Assembly (NCBI GenBank): GCA_964016885.1
Contig: OZ024752.1
Span: forward strand, 30,318,001-30,382,000
Length of the DNA: 64,000 nt
From: Eledone cirrhosa
Taxonomy: Eukaryota
Direction: 5' to 3'
The notes under the pieces are model-generated. The model saw only the letters and a program-made list of their open reading frames with translations. It was not told where the DNA came from and did no database searches. A program made the position numbers and the translations under genes. This document shows positions 13,360-25,310 of the stretch, in pieces; positions within the stretch are counted from its first letter, which is position 1, and every line of letters starts with the position of its first letter.

Positions 13360-13907
13360 TGGAAGATTAGTAAAACCGAAGCTTTGGCTGCGGCCAAGCA
13401 AAAAAATCGACCTACAATTAGGAATGAGTAGCAAAGCACTCAATAAGGGTAGGCCTTCAGAGTAATAACATACCTTTAGATAGTTTGATAAAATACATAC
13501 ACATACAGGTATGTGTATGTATATGTGTCTGTGTGCGTGCATGTGGCGTCCCATTTTAGTAATCAGGGCTAAATAGAAATGATTTATGTGCACGTTTCAT
13601 GTATATACATGTGCCTATAGTGTGCATGATGTATACATACATAGATATAGAGAGAGAGCAAGAGAGAGCGAGAGAGAGAGAGAGAGTGGAATAATCCACT
13701 ATTATTTTGGCAAGATATACGTCAAGTTTGATAATGTTATTAAAGTTGACAGCATGCAGGAATGCAAGTCAAAGGTGTACTGCGATGGTTTACGATACTG
13801 GTAGATGAAGACAGTGTATTAATTATGTATATATATATATATATATATAGTTATACACACACACGTGAATACATATATACGTTTGCGAGGAAGTGTCTAC
13901 ACAATTG

Positions 13908-14070
13908 TAATAATTGTTTCTACTTTTTGGCACAAGGCCAGCAATTCACCCAGTGCATCACTGGTACTTTATTTTATCTATCGGGTAAGGATGAAAGGTA
14001 AAGTTAACCTCGGCAGGATTTGAACTTAACACACTTGTAATAATTGTTTCTACTTTTGGCACAAGGCCAG
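13908..14070 (-). mobile_element. SINE family A, truncated copy plus an extra tail fragment
   Basis: TAATAATTGTTTCTACTTTT(T)GGCACAAGGCCAG occurs twice; core AAGGATGAAAGG...GGATTTGAACT. Confidence 0.75.
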
Positions 14071-14670
14071 GTTGCAATGTTGCAACTAGAAATATTGTTT
14101 TGCCACAATGAAAAAAAAACAAACAGAAATTTGAAGTGAATTCAAAACAACATCTGTAAATATTCGATAACAATTCATAGTTTCATAGTTTACAGAAAAT
14201 AATATTTACTTTCAGTTTTTAAATGAACAAGAAACGATACATACCTGTTTATCTTAGCAATAATTATGCAATTTAAATATATAACATAACATACATAAGT
14301 AGGTATACAAGACATTGAAGCATAACATACCGATATTTTTATAGGATAATTCAGCATGGAACAAGCAAGAAACGTGTGGAGTAAGTAAAGTTAATGGATA
14401 AAATATAAGCGGCTCTCTGTCAAAATACACCTTAAAGTCAGTGTTACTCATATGTAGTAACAACTAGTTCATGTATGTAGCGAAAGGCGTAAATGAACAG
14501 TGAACCCACTTTCGAAATAATTCCATACATACCATGAATTAGTAACATTTTAAACAGTTGCCTGTCGGCTGGTCGTATTACCGAAAGGTGAGTATGTGTG
14601 TGTGTATATATATATATAAAATAAAATAAAACAAGGACGAGTGGTTACTCCTTCATTACGTTTATTGGCT

Positions 14671-14747
14671 GGTGACGCGCGTTTCGCCACAGATTAGCTC
14701 ATGGTTCGATCTAGTCCGACTCTGTAATCCACGGCTCGTCAGACCCC
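14671..14747 (-). ncRNA. Type I hammerhead ribozyme (Penelope-like pLTR type)
   Basis: Minus strand GGT-CUGACGA-[GCCGTGGATTA...TAATCTGTGGC]-GAAA-CGCGC-GUC-ACC, with palindromic stem III ACGCGCGT; AATAAA follows immediately. Confidence 0.8.
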
Positions 14748-14756
14748 TTTTAATGG

Positions 14757-14831
<75 letters not shown>

Positions 14832-14837
<6 letters not shown>

Positions 14838-14911
14838 TGTAATAAACAACATAAGATAATTATTTCATTTACTAATGAAATAATTATCTTATGTTGTTTA
14901 TTACATAACTA
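14832..14911. repeat. Perfect hairpin, ~38 bp arms and 4 nt loop, beside a long (TA)n
   Basis: TAGTTATGTAATAAACAACATAAGATAATTATTTCATT-TACT-AATGAAATAATTATCTTATGTTGTTTATTACATAACTA. Confidence 0.9.
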
Positions 14912-15325
14912 AAAAGCTCTGTAGCCTACAGAGCACTCTCTTTTCCTGTACCTTTCCTACGGTAATACTTCATTTATATATATATATATAGAGAGAGAGA
15001 GAGATATGCGAGTCCTGGGTTCAATCGGGGACAACCACAGTAAGTAAGGTACTCAATACACAGTAGAGTACATACAAGATTTAATATGGAAATGGCTTCT
15101 CCAGGACTAGAACTGTTTCCTGATGATTTCCTTCGAATACAATTTTAAAAGATATATATAAAGATAGAGGAGGATGAGGAGGCATATATGCCTTTTCCTC
15201 CTCCCTGTATATATCTTTGAAATTGATGTTCTGAACGAAGGTCAATTGAGCTTTTTTATTGAGAAACATGATCGTTGCATATTTAATATGCGTCGATACC
15301 TTAACGTAGTGTGTATGTGTATATA

Positions 15326-15359
<34 letters not shown>

Positions 15360-15367
15360 CATACACG

Positions 15368-15457
<90 letters not shown>

Positions 15458-15644
15458 CTCTTGGCCAACGATCTCTACCCATCCTCAAAATCACCACCTG
15501 CCCCAACTACCAGAAAACATAATTACCACCATATTTTTTTTCCCCTCATTTTAATTTTTTTTTCTTCGTTTTAATTTTTCCCCCTTTTAAATTTTTTCCA
15601 CCACTCCTCCCTCACACCCTCTCGGAACTCTTTTCCCTCCCACC

Positions 15645-15680
15645 TTTCTCCTGATGAAGGGCTTATGCCCGAAACGTCAT
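15645..15680 (+). ncRNA. Minimal hammerhead core, stem I partner missing
   Basis: CUGAUGA-A-GGGC-TTAT-GCCC-GAAA-C-GUC with an ACGT palindrome; the downstream bases do not pair with the upstream ones. Confidence 0.5.
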
Positions 15681-15755
15681 CCCCCACCCCCACTCTCAAG
15701 CGTGAACCTAATACCAACACTGTTCGTACTGCACTCTTAGTGAGAGAGATGCAGA

Positions 15756-16140
15756 TAATTGTTTCTACTTTAGGCACAAGGCCAGCAATTACCCAGTGCA
15801 TTACTGGTACTTTATTTTATCGACCCCGTAAGGATGAAAGGCAAAGTCAACCTCGGCGGGATTTGAACTCAGATCGTAAAGGGACGTAACTATGCTGGAA
15901 AGCATGGCGTCCGACACTCTACCGATACTGCCAATCCACCGCCCAGAGAGATGCAGATAATGGTTTCTACTTTTGGCACAAGGCCATCAATTACTCCAGT
16001 GCATTACTGGTACTTTATTTTATCGACCCCGTAAGGATGAAAGATAAAGTTGACTTCGGCGGAATTTGAACTCAGAACATAAAGGGCCACAACACTATGC
16101 TGCAAAGCATGGTGTCTGACGCTCTACCGATACTGTCAGC
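15756..16140 (-). mobile_element. Tandem dimer of SINE family A
   Basis: Two ~190 bp copies head to tail (15756-15945 and 15956-16140), each preceded by GAGAGATGCAGATAAT. Confidence 0.85.
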
Positions 16141-17151
16141 GATGTTGTTGTTGTTATTTAGTCCCAGGTCAACTCTGATAGAGTAGACCTATGATGTAAG
16201 ACATTTCAATCATGACAACCTTATCTTTTTAGAGTGTTTAGTGGGTATGTAGGACTACATTATCGAATGCGTCATTTCTAATACTTTGAGGGAATTTGGT
16301 TGCTATTTTTAAGGTGAACAACGACATAGAGGTTTACCTGTTAACTAGAACACTTGTTGCTTAACACGAAGTTAGCAGACTTACTATCACAAGCATTCCA
16401 GTCTTCCAGCCATGGCCATTCCGTTCTTTTTTTGTTTTGTTTCAGACATAATATATATGTATATATATATATATATAAGAGTGCATTACTCAATGTGTCC
16501 TCTATTTTCTAAGATTTCACTACTATTTCTAGCAAGTCTTGCGACTACATAAAGAAGGGCTAATGCTGTTAGCAAGTGTGCCAAATACCTTTTAAAATGA
16601 CATACTAAACACAAAGTAATGAAAGGAACGTCTATTTGTGTTGCCTCATGGCTTGTACAAGATAAAACGATAAGCGTAAAAGTTATATAACCAGAAATAA
16701 TGGATTTAGTGATATGCACAATGATTAGGTAATGGGATACGTAAAGGATAAAACATAAATTGTTGTTGTATAAAGTGAAATATTTAAACAAAACATCCAA
16801 TTTAAACTAGTGTTTATAACATAGCCATCTGAAAGGAGACCTCTATTGGGACTATGCCCACGTTAAAGAAATGACAAGAGAAACAGAGGTGTAATAACAC
16901 AAAATCGTTTTAGTTTCACTGTTAATAAAACTGTTTGTTTGTTTGTTTTGTATCTCTGTTTATGTTGTCATTTCTTTAAAACTATTTTCCCACGCTTATG
17001 CGGCCTACCTGCCATTCGAATCTGGAAGCTTTTCACTCACAGATTTACCAGTTTTCGAATTGCTCGACCTTTGAACTGCTCATATATATATATATATATA
17101 TACTACCTTGATTAAATCTTAACCATTTAACATCTCAGGGTATGTCATGTA

Positions 17152-17210
17152 TATATTTTGTCTGATGAGGACGTACTGTTGTACATCCGAAATATGTATA
17201 ATAAAATGTA
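17152..17210 (+). ncRNA. Type I hammerhead ribozyme
   Basis: TATATTTTGT-CUGAUGA-GGACGTAC-TGTT-GTACATCC-GAAA-TATGTA-UA-ATAAAATGTA: 10 bp stem I, 8 bp stem II with one mismatch, near-palindromic stem III. Confidence 0.85.
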
Positions 17211-17376
17211 ATTGATCAAAAGAACATCTATTTTATTAATATTTGTATTTTAATATTAATAATTCTGGAAAATTATTTTTCCTTTGAGTGCTTCCAATCT
17301 ACTGTAAAACTCATTCTTTGATATACTCATTGAATCTTGTTTAACTCTTTAATATATGTATATATATATATATATC

Positions 17377-18292
17377 TCCCGTTAGACCTGTGCGAAATTC
17401 CATCCTTGCTCACATTTCAACCAGGTTTGATGGTCTTTATTCTCTCGTTCACGATTTCACCGAATTTAAATTCATAGAAATTTGGGACTTGTCTCCTTCT
17501 TCCTCACTTTCTGTTGCTTCACCATTTTGTTTGTTTACCCTCGCGTCCCCTTTATTTACGTGTCCCAACGACTTTTTTTAGCCGTTGCTCGCACCAACCG
17601 GAGGTATATGGTCTTTAAAGCGATGAAATGCCTATGATGGTTGTAAGATCACTGATGAAGGACAAACTTTTTTCATATGTAACCCATTTGCAACTCCGCA
17701 GCGCCCTTATTATCATATTTACACATATTTTTTCCTCTGCTGCTACAAGTCTTTTTCGTTCTATGTATCTTTACCCTTTCTAGCAGTCTCTCTCTCTGTT
17801 AGCCTCTTCCTCACCCTTCACTCACTCATTCTCTGTCACTACCTCTCCTCCTCCTCTTTCTTCCCGTTTGACCTGTGCGTAATTCTTTTCTCTCGCACGC
17901 TCGGCCAAGCTGGTCGGAATTTTTTCTCTCTCTCGTCTACGATTTCACAGAACTTATGTTTACCGAATTCGCAGACCAGACCCCTTCTTCCTCCCGTTAG
18001 ACCTGTGCGAAATTCCATCCTTGCTCACATTTCAACCAGGTTTGATAGTCTTTATTCTCTCGTTCACGATTTCACCGAATTTAAATTCATAGAAATTTGG
18101 GATTTGTCTCCTTCTTCCTCACTTTCTGTTGCTTCACCATTTTGTTTGTTTACCCTCGCGTCCCCTTTATTTACGTGTCCCAACGACTTTTTTTAGCCGT
18201 TGCTCGCACCAACCGGAGGTATATGGTCTTTAAAGCGATGAAATGCCTATGATGGTTGTAAGATCACTGATGAAGGACAAACTTTTTTCATA
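17377..18292. repeat. ~300 bp direct duplication (17377-17677 and 17991-18292) between (TA)n tracts
   Basis: Near-identical ORFs 17390-17581 and 18005-18196; both copies end GATCACTGATGAAGGACAAACTTTTTTCATAT. Resembles a tandem Penelope pLTR arrangement. Confidence 0.9.
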
Positions 18293-18333
18293 TATATAAG
18301 GAAAGTATATACTTTCAGACGTTCAATCATCTG

Positions 18334-18394
18334 GCAGGAAGGTATACGATGCTGACGATAGCTAATAAGCTTGAAACTAGTATATCGTTCCTGT
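18334..18394 (+). ncRNA. Type I hammerhead ribozyme
   Basis: ACGATG-CUGACGA-T-AGCT-AATA-AGCT-T-GAAA-CTA-GUA-TATCGT, with palindromic stem III ACTAGT. Stem I extends as GCAGGA/TCCTGT past an internal bulge. Confidence 0.8.
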
Positions 18395-18628
18395 GTCAGT
18401 GTTGAACAAAGAGGCTACGATGATTGCCTGAACACTGTACGGCTTAATTCGGGCTGTTTGTTTGTTTACAAACAAACCGAACATTATAATAAATGTTCGG
18501 TAAACTCATACGTACATATATATATATGTGTGCATGTATGTATATATATATACATACTACTGTACGTCTGTATACATATATGTATGTAAGAGAGTATTGC
18601 AGTTTGCTTGAAGCATTGTGGAATAATA

Positions 18629-19121
18629 GGTAAATATCTTTAAGTCGTTTGGAAGCCTCGACAATGCAAATGGGTAAATCTCCGGGTAATAAGATCCGGT
18701 GGTGGAGAGAGATATGTAAGTGGGTGTACGTTGAGATGCGTGGCGTGTATAAGACGTGTAGAGGAATGAAGGAAAGAGTATAAAGGATAAAATTAAAATA
18801 ACAACACGAGAGAGAGTTACCTTGGGAGAGATTTAATTGTCCCTATATATTTCGGATTCACATCCATCATCTGGGTTTTTTTCTGGGGTGGGGGAAAGGT
18901 TGTCTGTCGGAAAAGTGCGAAACGCGTCCTCCGCTGTTTGTTGTTTGTTGTTTTATCCTTTATACTCTTTCCTTCATTCCACTACACGTCTTATACACGC
19001 CACGCATCTCAATGTACACCCACTTACACACTTACATCTCTCTCTCCACCACCGGATCTTGTTACCCGGAGATTTACCCATTTGCATTGTCGAGGCTTCC
19101 AAACGACTTAAAGATATTTAC

Positions 19122-19122
<1 letters not shown>
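18629..19122. repeat. Inverted duplication, ~165 bp arms, with a degenerate hammerhead in the spacer
   Basis: 18629-18792 is the reverse complement of ~18950-19122. The spacer minus strand (18841-18875) reads CC-CAGAUGA-T-GGAT-GTGA-ATCC-GAAA-TATA-UA-GG. Confidence 0.85.
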
Positions 19123-19218
<96 letters not shown>

Positions 19219-19879
19219 TTAGGTATTTTCGTAGAAAAAATAACGACCTGTAAGGATCGTCTAATCTCCTGAAACCTTTGGTAATGGAATAATTATATAA
19301 AATGTGTACTCTGAACATTCATTGGGATGCAGTTTCACAATCGCATACTTATTGTCTGAATGAGTGAATCATGACCGGTGGTCGCTGAAATAACTTCGGT
19401 GACTTTCGTAATATGTAATAAACGACTGATAAATTTCAAAAAGCCGGTACAATGCGGTAGAAATATATAAAGAGCAAATAATGACGAATAAAACAAAACA
19501 AAGTAATGTTTTACCTAGTATATTTCAACATGATATTTCAGTGCTACTGCTCTCTTTTCAAATGTGAAACGGAAAAAGTTCAAAGCAGACGATCGATGTC
19601 TTCATCACAGACTGGTCGAGATGTTTCAAATATGCATGCATGGAACCAATGCACGAAAAAGTTGCATCTGTATAGGGGTAACTGAAACTACAACAATGTC
19701 TATACACATATTTACTATTTAATATGTAATATATACATATTTAATGTGTATAAAATGTAAACTATGGGTACAAAAGAGATATAGTGGGAGCTCCTCCCCT
19801 ACTTACATCATGTAATTCCAAGTTTTTTGTTCAACCTATACCAATATGAAAGACAGGTACACCCAACAATATAGCATCG

Positions 19880-20070
19880 GCAATTGGATTGGCAGTATCG
19901 GTAGAGGGTCTGACGCCATGCTTTGCAGCAAAGAGTTACAGCCCTTTATGGTCTGAGTTCAAATCCCGCCGAGGTTAACTTGCCTTTCATCCTTACGGGG
20001 TCGATAAAATAAAGTACCAGTAATGCACTGGGAAAAATTGCTGGCCTTGTGCCAAAAGTAGAAACAAATA
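19880..20070 (+). mobile_element. SINE family A, near full length
   Basis: TGGCAGTATCGGTAGAG head, GAGTTCAAATCCC B box, CTTTCATCCTTACGGGGTCGATAAAATAAAGTACCAG core and AGTAGAAACAA tail. Confidence 0.85.
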
Positions 20071-20275
20071 TATCATCAGACATCTTTTCTTCAGCAAACA
20101 GCATGGAGCTTACCACACACTTATATTACTGCCTCCCAAGCCTAGCCGATGGCATAACCAGCACCCTAATGTCAAAAATGGAGTAGAGTTAATGCCACAA
20201 TGAAATGTACTTCATCCAAACTCTAAAGTGTATGATGTGAAGTGGTTGACATTAGGAAGGGTATCCAGCTGTTGA

Positions 20276-20660
20276 AATAATTGTTTCTACTTTTGGCACA
20301 AGGCCAGCAGTTGCCTAGTTCATTACTGGTACTTTATTTTATCGAACCCATAAGGATGAAAGGAAAAGTTAACGGGATTTGATCTCAGAATGGAAAGGGC
20401 CGTAACTCTATGCGTCAAATCATGACGTCCGACCTTCTACCGATACTGTCAATCCACCGCCTCAGCTGTTGAAATAATTGTTTCTACTTTTGGCACAAGG
20501 CCAGCTATTACCTCAGTGTATTACTGGTACTTTATTTTATCGACCCCGTAAGGATGAAAGGCAAAGTTAACCTCGACGGGATTTGAACTCAGAATGGCAA
20601 GGGCCGTAACTCAATGCGTCAAAGCATGGCGTCCGACCCTCTACCGATACTGCCAATCCA
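20276..20660 (-). mobile_element. Tandem dimer of SINE family A
   Basis: Two copies (~20276-20462 and ~20475-20660), each preceded by CAGCTGTTGAAATAATTG. Confidence 0.85.
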
Positions 20661-20957
20661 CAATTCCAGAATGATTGAGATATGTATTAATGAGATACAG
20701 CCATCTGATTTATATGGCTACAGAATGAGACAACCTGTCAAACCCATCCAAGCCTATATATAGGCTTGCATGGGTTTGAAGACAGCATATATATGTGTAG
20801 GTATGTATATTCCCTCTGATAGTTTGTATAAATATTGTACATAGATCTATAGAATATGCATACCAACTCTAACACATATATATCCTAGAAACGATCGTAA
20901 AATGATGAATTTTTTAAAGATAAGGAACTGTTTCTTTGTTTATTCATTATTTTATTA

Positions 20958-20999
<42 letters not shown>

Positions 21000-21183
21000 G
21001 ACTGCTCTACTGTGTGAACTGGGCACTGTCTGTCATGGGCACCAAAATGACGACTTTACAGTGTGGAGTGGAGGGTGAGGTGGGGGAGGGGTGTGTAACG
21101 TGGGAATTGGAAAGGTAGATCTAGGGTGGGGCACTTAGCTAGTGAAGCGTGGGGTGTAAGGACTATATATATATATATGTATA

Positions 21184-21226
<43 letters not shown>

Positions 21227-21348
21227 GAAATGTGGTAAGGAACCAGATGGACCATAACGCACCAAAGTACTCAAGACTTAGGGTAGTAGGGTAGTCCAGA
21301 ATTAGCCGTCGAAACGGCTTGTGCTCAGCCGTCGGGGTCCTACTCGTT

Positions 21349-21406
<58 letters not shown>

Positions 21407-21476
21407 GGGGGGGGGGGGGTAAAAATTAAACGGAAACACCACAGTTCAATGAAAAAATATATTAGTAGGAAAAGAG

Positions 21477-21512
21477 TCTTTACGTTTCAGATACTAGTCC
21501 TTCATCAGAAAA
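21477..21512 (-). ncRNA. Minimal hammerhead ribozyme with weak stems
   Basis: Minus strand TTTT-CUGAUGA-AGGACTAGTATCT-GAAA-C-GUA-AAGA; ACGT palindrome in stem III. Confidence 0.55.
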
Positions 21513-21627
21513 TAGAATAAAAAATAAAAGATGAAATCAAAAGATAGAGAATGAGAAGAGGAAGGAACAGAAAAATAATCTTTTTTGAGAAAAACACGTG
21601 TGTATTCAGTCAGCTGTTTTTGGTGAA

Positions 21628-21662
<35 letters not shown>

Positions 21663-21663
21663 C

Positions 21664-21736
<73 letters not shown>

Positions 21737-21771
21737 ATATAAGATCAAAAGATGGTTAAAAGAGTTCCAAG

Positions 21772-21842
21772 TATTTTATTATGCGCATTTCAAAAACAAA
21801 TATCATCATGAGATGATATCTGCGTTCTCATCAGATAAAATA
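21772..21842 (-). ncRNA. Type I hammerhead ribozyme (left arm of the palindrome)
   Basis: TATTTTAT-CUGAUGA-[GAACGCAGATATCATC...GATGATATTTGTTTTT]-GAAA-TGCGC-AUA-ATAAAATA. Confidence 0.8.
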
Positions 21843-22013
21843 GGGATACATGATATGAAGGTTAAAAAACACTTGTGAATAGTGAAGTTTTAAATCAACA
21901 TATCCATGTTGATTTAAAACTTCACTATTCACAAGTGTTTAAATCAACATGGATATGTTGATTTAAAACTTCACTATTCACAAGTGTTTTTTAACCTTCA
22001 TATCATGTATCCC

Positions 22014-22084
22014 TATTTTATCTGATGAAAACGCAGATATCATCTCATGATGATATTTATTTTTGAAATGCGCATAATAAAATA
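22014..22084 (+). ncRNA. Type I hammerhead ribozyme (right arm of the palindrome)
   Basis: Perfect 8 bp stem I TATTTTAT/ATAAAATA, CUGAUGA and GAAA core, long stem II, palindromic stem III ATGCGCAT. Confidence 0.82.
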
Positions 22085-23174
22085 CTTGGAACTCTTTTAA
22101 CCCGCTTTTGATCTTATATTATTTATACTCCAGTCCTACAAGTTGTAGAGTGCTACTTATCCGATATTTGCATTGTTTTATTGTACTACAATAAAACTCA
22201 CCTCCTACATTATATATATATATATGGAAAGGAAAGGGCCCATAACTCTTGACGGAGTTGCAGCACTGTCCGTCTTAACACACTCTATGCTGGCCATTTA
22301 AAACCTGGTAGTGGCCAACACTCTCTAGATCAGAATAGTCATTACTTCTTCTATCCCTCGCCCTTATTCTAGTGGGAGAGCGAGTAAAAGAGAGAGGAAG
22401 AGAAGGGGGTGGGGGCAAGAGAGAATGAACAGCAGTACTGGACCTCAAAACGATGAAAGGCAAATGCTTCGGTATTTACCGAGGCATTTAATTCAGTTAC
22501 ACACACACATACTATACATACATACTATATATACATACATATATATACACACTCACATGCATACACACATACTATATTTACATATACACTATACATATAT
22601 ACACATACATACACATACTCACATATATGTATGCATGCATATATACATACAAACTAGCAGAGGTACCCTGCGGTTTTCTAAAAGAAAACGAGACGAAATT
22701 TGAGGGAGATCTAGCTGCTATTTTATTATTTCTTCTACTTGGTGTTGCTAAAATAAAGAGGTGTGTCTAATCATCTCTCTCTCTCTCTGTCTGTCTCTCT
22801 CTATATATGCATATATACATATATACTATAAGCCAATGGGACGTTTTTTGAGGGCTATTTGGCTGCTATTTCTAAAAATAAAAGTCAATATATCATGTAC
22901 TTAATAAAAGAAAATATCAAACCTTCTTCTACCAAGATTTCTAGCAGACGAAAACATGTGTCCTCTGCAAATAAGACTGTTAAAGAGATAGAAAGGAGAA
23001 AAAGCTAGGGTGAGAGGACAGTTCTTGTGATATAAGCTAATAGTTTGATTTTAATAGTCCAAGGAAAGAGAAACAGCGGTTAAAAAAACTGACCGTATAT
23101 TTCAGAGACATCGCTGCTAACGTCAATTGTTAGTAACATAAGCGACATATCTCCCTTAGTAGCCGGCGGTGCCG

Positions 23175-23326
23175 TAGTAGCAGCAGCCGTAGTAGTGATA
23201 GTAGTAATAGTTGTAATAGTAGTAGTAGTAGTATCAGAGCAGCAGTAGTAGTAGCAGTAGTAGTAGCAGCAGCAGCAGCAGCAACACCAGTAGTAGTAGT
23301 AGCAACAGTAGTAGTAGTAGTAATAA
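23175..23326. repeat. (TAG)n/(CAG)n trinucleotide tract upstream of the furin-like start codon
   Basis: Direct reading; probably 5' UTR or promoter-proximal sequence. Confidence 0.85.
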
Positions 23327-23891
23327 TCCTCGTCATTGTCGGAGATTAACGACAATTGACGGAGTTAACTCGGCGGAGGTAGTGTATTAGCAACGAACGG
23401 AAATTGCCGAAGACATATCGACAAGAATCGGCTGCAATCTTTTTTTTTTCTTCTTCTTCTTCTTCTTCTTCCAAAAGTGTGCTGCTTGCTCTTTAGGAGG
23501 ATGCTTGAATTGACTTAGCTGCTTATTTTATGTGAATGTTACTTCTGCAATAATGGAAAATGGATGAAGACTATAGCTTTTATAGTGTGCAGACTGTCTG
23601 GAGTTTCCAGAATTACTATAGATATAGATTCATCAACATCAACAGTAACAGCAACGGCAGCAATTGAAATATTTCGTTGCAAAAGCAGTGGAAGGTGTCC
23701 GTGGCGTTAGACGCTTTGGACAAGAAGTAGAGTGTGGTGTGGTGTATGGTGGAGAGGAGACAGACGAGAAGAGAGAGAGAAGAGAAGAGACCCCGACCAA
23801 GGTGTGCTTGTTGTTGTTGTTGTTAGAAGCTGCCGAACCACGGACCACCGTGGCTTCGAGGACGTAATCACAGCTGGGTTTTTTTAAAGCA

Positions 23892-24056
23892 ATGGGTGGA
23901 TGTAGTTCGGCCCTAATCATTTCTATGTGTGGACTTGTGTTCTTGGATGTATCTTTCGCTGCTCATTACACGGATAAGTGGGCAGTTCACATTGAAGGAG
24001 GTCTACAAGCGGCCAAGTCTTTAACTGAAAAGCACGGATTTATTTTCTTGGGAGAG
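23892..24056 (+). CDS. furin: First coding exon of a furin-like subtilisin/kexin proprotein convertase (signal peptide and start of the S8 pro-domain)
   Basis: MGGCSSALIISMCGLVFLDVSFA-AHYTDKWAVHIEGGLQAAKSLTEKHGFIFLGE matches the furin/PCSK prodomain pattern (Y)TN-WAV-I-GG---A--VA-KHGF-NLGQ. A phase-0 donor GAG|GTTCGT at 24056/24057 sits at the conserved furin intron position. The exact paralog is uncertain. Confidence 0.88.
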
Positions 24057-24089
24057 GTTCGTTTCTTTCTCTTTTACTATATATTTTAG

Positions 24090-24142
<53 letters not shown>

Positions 24143-24340
24143 GTATGTATGTATATTATATTATTTATGCTCATACATGGAGCAAAAGCGCTACTCGAGG
24201 TTTCAAGGCCCAATATTGACCGTATCTCCAGAATGTAAGAGGGATCAAAATTGTAACCTAATCTTCAGGCGCCTTCGATCGACTGTTTTCCTTTTTCCTT
24301 TTACCCTTTTCACACCTACGGATATTTTCTATATACACAA

Positions 24341-24376
<36 letters not shown>

Positions 24377-24484
24377 TATATATACATACATACATTAATT
24401 TGAAATAATCCATTATTTCCAGATACTATGTTTATTTCTCTGTATTTCTGTCCCCACCTCTTTATTTTGCAATATGTATATATT

Positions 24485-24532
<48 letters not shown>

Positions 24533-24699
24533 TATCTCTCTGTCGTTCTGTGTGTATATATATGCATCTCTCTGTAGGTATGCATCTCTCTCTCTCTCCA
24601 TTTGCAGGAAGCTACACCACTCCATCAGACCGCCTTTCTTGGAGAGGCTGCGACAGCTCAGAGCTGCCTTTTACAAAATATGTAAACAACTATCGATTA

Positions 24700-24751
24700 T
24701 ATATATATATATTCCTATACGTACAAACATCTACATACATATATACATATT

Positions 24752-24801
<50 letters not shown>

Positions 24802-25310
24802 GGGTGTCCCAAAAATGTATACACACTTCGACAGCATTCAAATCAAAGTGTGTATACATTTTTGGGATATATATTCCTATGCATATATATATATATATTC
24901 CTATACGTACAAACATCTACATACATATATACATATTCTTATATATACATATACATACAGGGTGTCCCAAAAATGTATACACACTTCGACAGCATTCCAA
25001 TCAAAGTGTGTATATATTTTTGGGGATATATATTCCTATGCATATATATATATTCCTATACGTACAAACATCTACATATAGGGTGTCCCAAAAATGTATA
25101 CACACTTCGACAGCATTCCAATCAAAGTGTGTATATATTTTTGGGATATATATTCCTATGCATATATATATATATTCCTATACGTACAAACATCTACATA
25201 CATATATACATATTCTTATATATATATATATACATACAGGGTGTCCCAAAAATGTATACACACTTCGACAGCATTCCAATCAAAGTGTATATATATTTTT
25301 TGGGATATAT
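24700..25310 (+). repeat. Four-copy tandem array (~120-160 bp unit) containing a Tc1/mariner-type TIR end
   Basis: TA(C/T)AGGGTGTCCCAAAAATGTATACACACTTCGACAGCATT recurs at ~24800, 24957, 25078 and 25236, separated by TA-rich linkers containing TTCCTATACGTACAAACATCTAC. Confidence 0.8.

Larger units (their letters stand above)
21736..22120. repeat. ~385 bp palindrome made of two opposed copies of a hammerhead-bearing repeat
   Basis: The left arm AATATAAGATCAAAAG...AAATCAACATATCCATG mirrors the right arm ...CTTTTGATCTTATATT. The centre has an extra fold-back of GTTGATTTAAAACTTCACTATTCACAAGTGTTT. Confidence 0.92.

Noticed and set aside
17030-17084. Minus-strand ATGA...CGAAAACTGGTA, a possible 5'-truncated hammerhead at a TA boundary
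   Set aside because: The CUG of the core and stem I are missing and stem II is poorly paired; cannot be supported.
23080-23355. Poly-Y/C/T and poly-T/A ORFs
   Set aside because: Translations of the TAG/CAG trinucleotide tract.
24057-24089. ORF-track extension VRFFLFYYIF of the furin-like ORF
   Set aside because: Read-through past the GT donor into the intron; homology stops at LGE.
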